64,000 bases of DNA from Burkholderiales bacterium (GTDB lineage Bacteria > Pseudomonadota > Gammaproteobacteria > Burkholderiales > JAEUOS01): contig CANJDH010000013.1 in NCBI GenBank assembly GCA_947473125.1, forward strand, positions 1,146 to 65,145, in the 5' to 3' direction. The notes under the pieces are model-generated. The model was given only the letters and a program-made list of their open reading frames with translations. It had not been told where the DNA came from and did not search any database. Shown here in pieces: positions 63,261-64,000 of the stretch. A program made the translations under genes and the position numbers. The stretch's first letter is position 1, and each line of letters begins with the position of its first letter.

Positions 63261-64000
63261 ATGGCCAAGAAAACCGTCCGCACCCCCTCTCGAACTGCGG
63301 CTCGACCCGTGGTCCGCAAGCCAGCACCCAAGAAAGTATCCAAGCCCGTGAATAAGAAAGCCGTGCCGGCCAAGAAGCCCGCTGCAAAACCCGTCGTCAA
63401 GGCGGGCAAACCCGCACCAAAATCCGCAACCAAAGCAGTCAATGCGGCGACCAAGCCGATTCCCAAGGCGACGAAAGCCCCTCCAAAAGTCGTGGTGAAA
63501 GGTGCTCCGCCATCGGCCAAAGACATTGCAGCCGCTAAAAAAATCGTCAAGCCAGAGGCCGTTGATGCCAAGGCTGCGGTAAAGGACGCAGCTGCCGAAG
63601 CGGCGCTGGCACCCGGCCAGAAGGCCCCCAAGAAAAAGAGCGAGCGCGCAGCACGCAAGGCACGCGAGCGCATGGAATTGCTGGTTCTTCAGCAGGCGCC
63701 GACGGCGGAAGATGTCGAGGCGCGCCGCAACAAGCTCAAGGCGCTGATCAAGCTGGGCAAGGAGCGCGGCTTCCTGACCTACGCCGAGGTCAACGACCAC
63801 CTGCCCGACGATGTCGTCGATGCCGAGCAGATCGAAGCCATCATCACCACGTTCAGCGACATGGGCATTTCCGTGTTCGACCAGGCGCCGGACGCCGAAA
63901 CCCTGTTGTTGAATGAGAATGCGCCGGCCGCGGCCGCAGAAGACATTGAAGAGGAAGCCGAAGCGGCGGCGTCGTCACTCGACTCGGAATTCGGCCGCAC
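63261..64000 (+). CDS. rpoD: RNA polymerase sigma-70 factor RpoD, 5' part (runs off the right edge), with a Lys/Pro/Ala-rich N-terminal extension
   Basis: Own translation: MAKKTVRTPSRTAARPVVRKPAPKKVSKPVNKKAVPAKKPAAKP..., then region 1.1 KALIKLGKERGFLTYAEVNDHLPDDVVDAEQIEAIITTFSDMGI. dnaG-rpoD synteny. Confidence 0.9.
   Translation, partial: MAKKTVRTPSRTAARPVVRKPAPKKVSKPVNKKAVPAKKPAAKPVVKAGKPAPKSATKAVNAATKPIPKATKAPPKVVVKGAPPSAKDIAAAKKIVKPEAVDAKAAVKDAAAEAALAPGQKAPKKKSERAARKARERMELLVLQQAPTAEDVEARRNKLKALIKLGKERGFLTYAEVNDHLPDDVVDAEQIEAIITTFSDMGISVFDQAPDAETLLLNENAPAAAAEDIEEEAEAAASSLDSEFGR

Overview
Visibly GC-rich, densely packed chromosomal segment that reads like core genome of a betaproteobacterium of the Burkholderiales type. 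That placement is an inference from four Bug/TctC-family binding proteins and from gmk-rpoZ-spoT, exbBD-lpxK-ycaR-kdsB-adk and dnaG-rpoD synteny; no species call is possible without a search. I support about 62 protein genes, one frameshifted pseudogene, five rho-independent terminators, several short repeats and two candidate regulatory sites. I saw no rRNA, tRNA, CRISPR array, IS element, transposase, integrase or phage gene. Housekeeping genes dominate: recR, gmk, rpoZ, spoT, pyrD, rpsT, murJ, hppA, adk, kdsB, lpxK, exbBD, xseA, dnaG, rpoD. The accessory-looking parts are: (i) 26.9-39.2 kb, with NIPSNAP paralogues bracketing a catalase-related gene, followed by an IclR-controlled CoA-transferase / acyl-CoA ligase / MaoC hydratase cluster interleaved with orphan Bug binding proteins; (ii) 57.3-61.3 kb, a terminator-delimited unit with a translationally coupled Rieske oxygenase and glutamine-synthetase-like gene pair plus an orphan TRAP binding protein. 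I found no clear-cut novel multi-gene system such as a defence or secretion system. The best candidates for a second look are the 959-aa Hanks kinase with a TolA-like repeat stalk and Sel1 tip, the Rieske/GS-like cassette, a cluster of four DnaA-box-like motifs between exbB and xseA, a Tat-signal SAM methyltransferase, a catalase-related protein whose distal His position reads Gly, and a tight MoxR-GNAT-VWA operon. All functional calls rest on my reading of the translated ORFs and recognised motifs. No database search was run. Many long antisense ORFs in the track are GC-rich shadow frames and were ignored, and several track ORFs were trimmed to internal starts that fit family N-termini.
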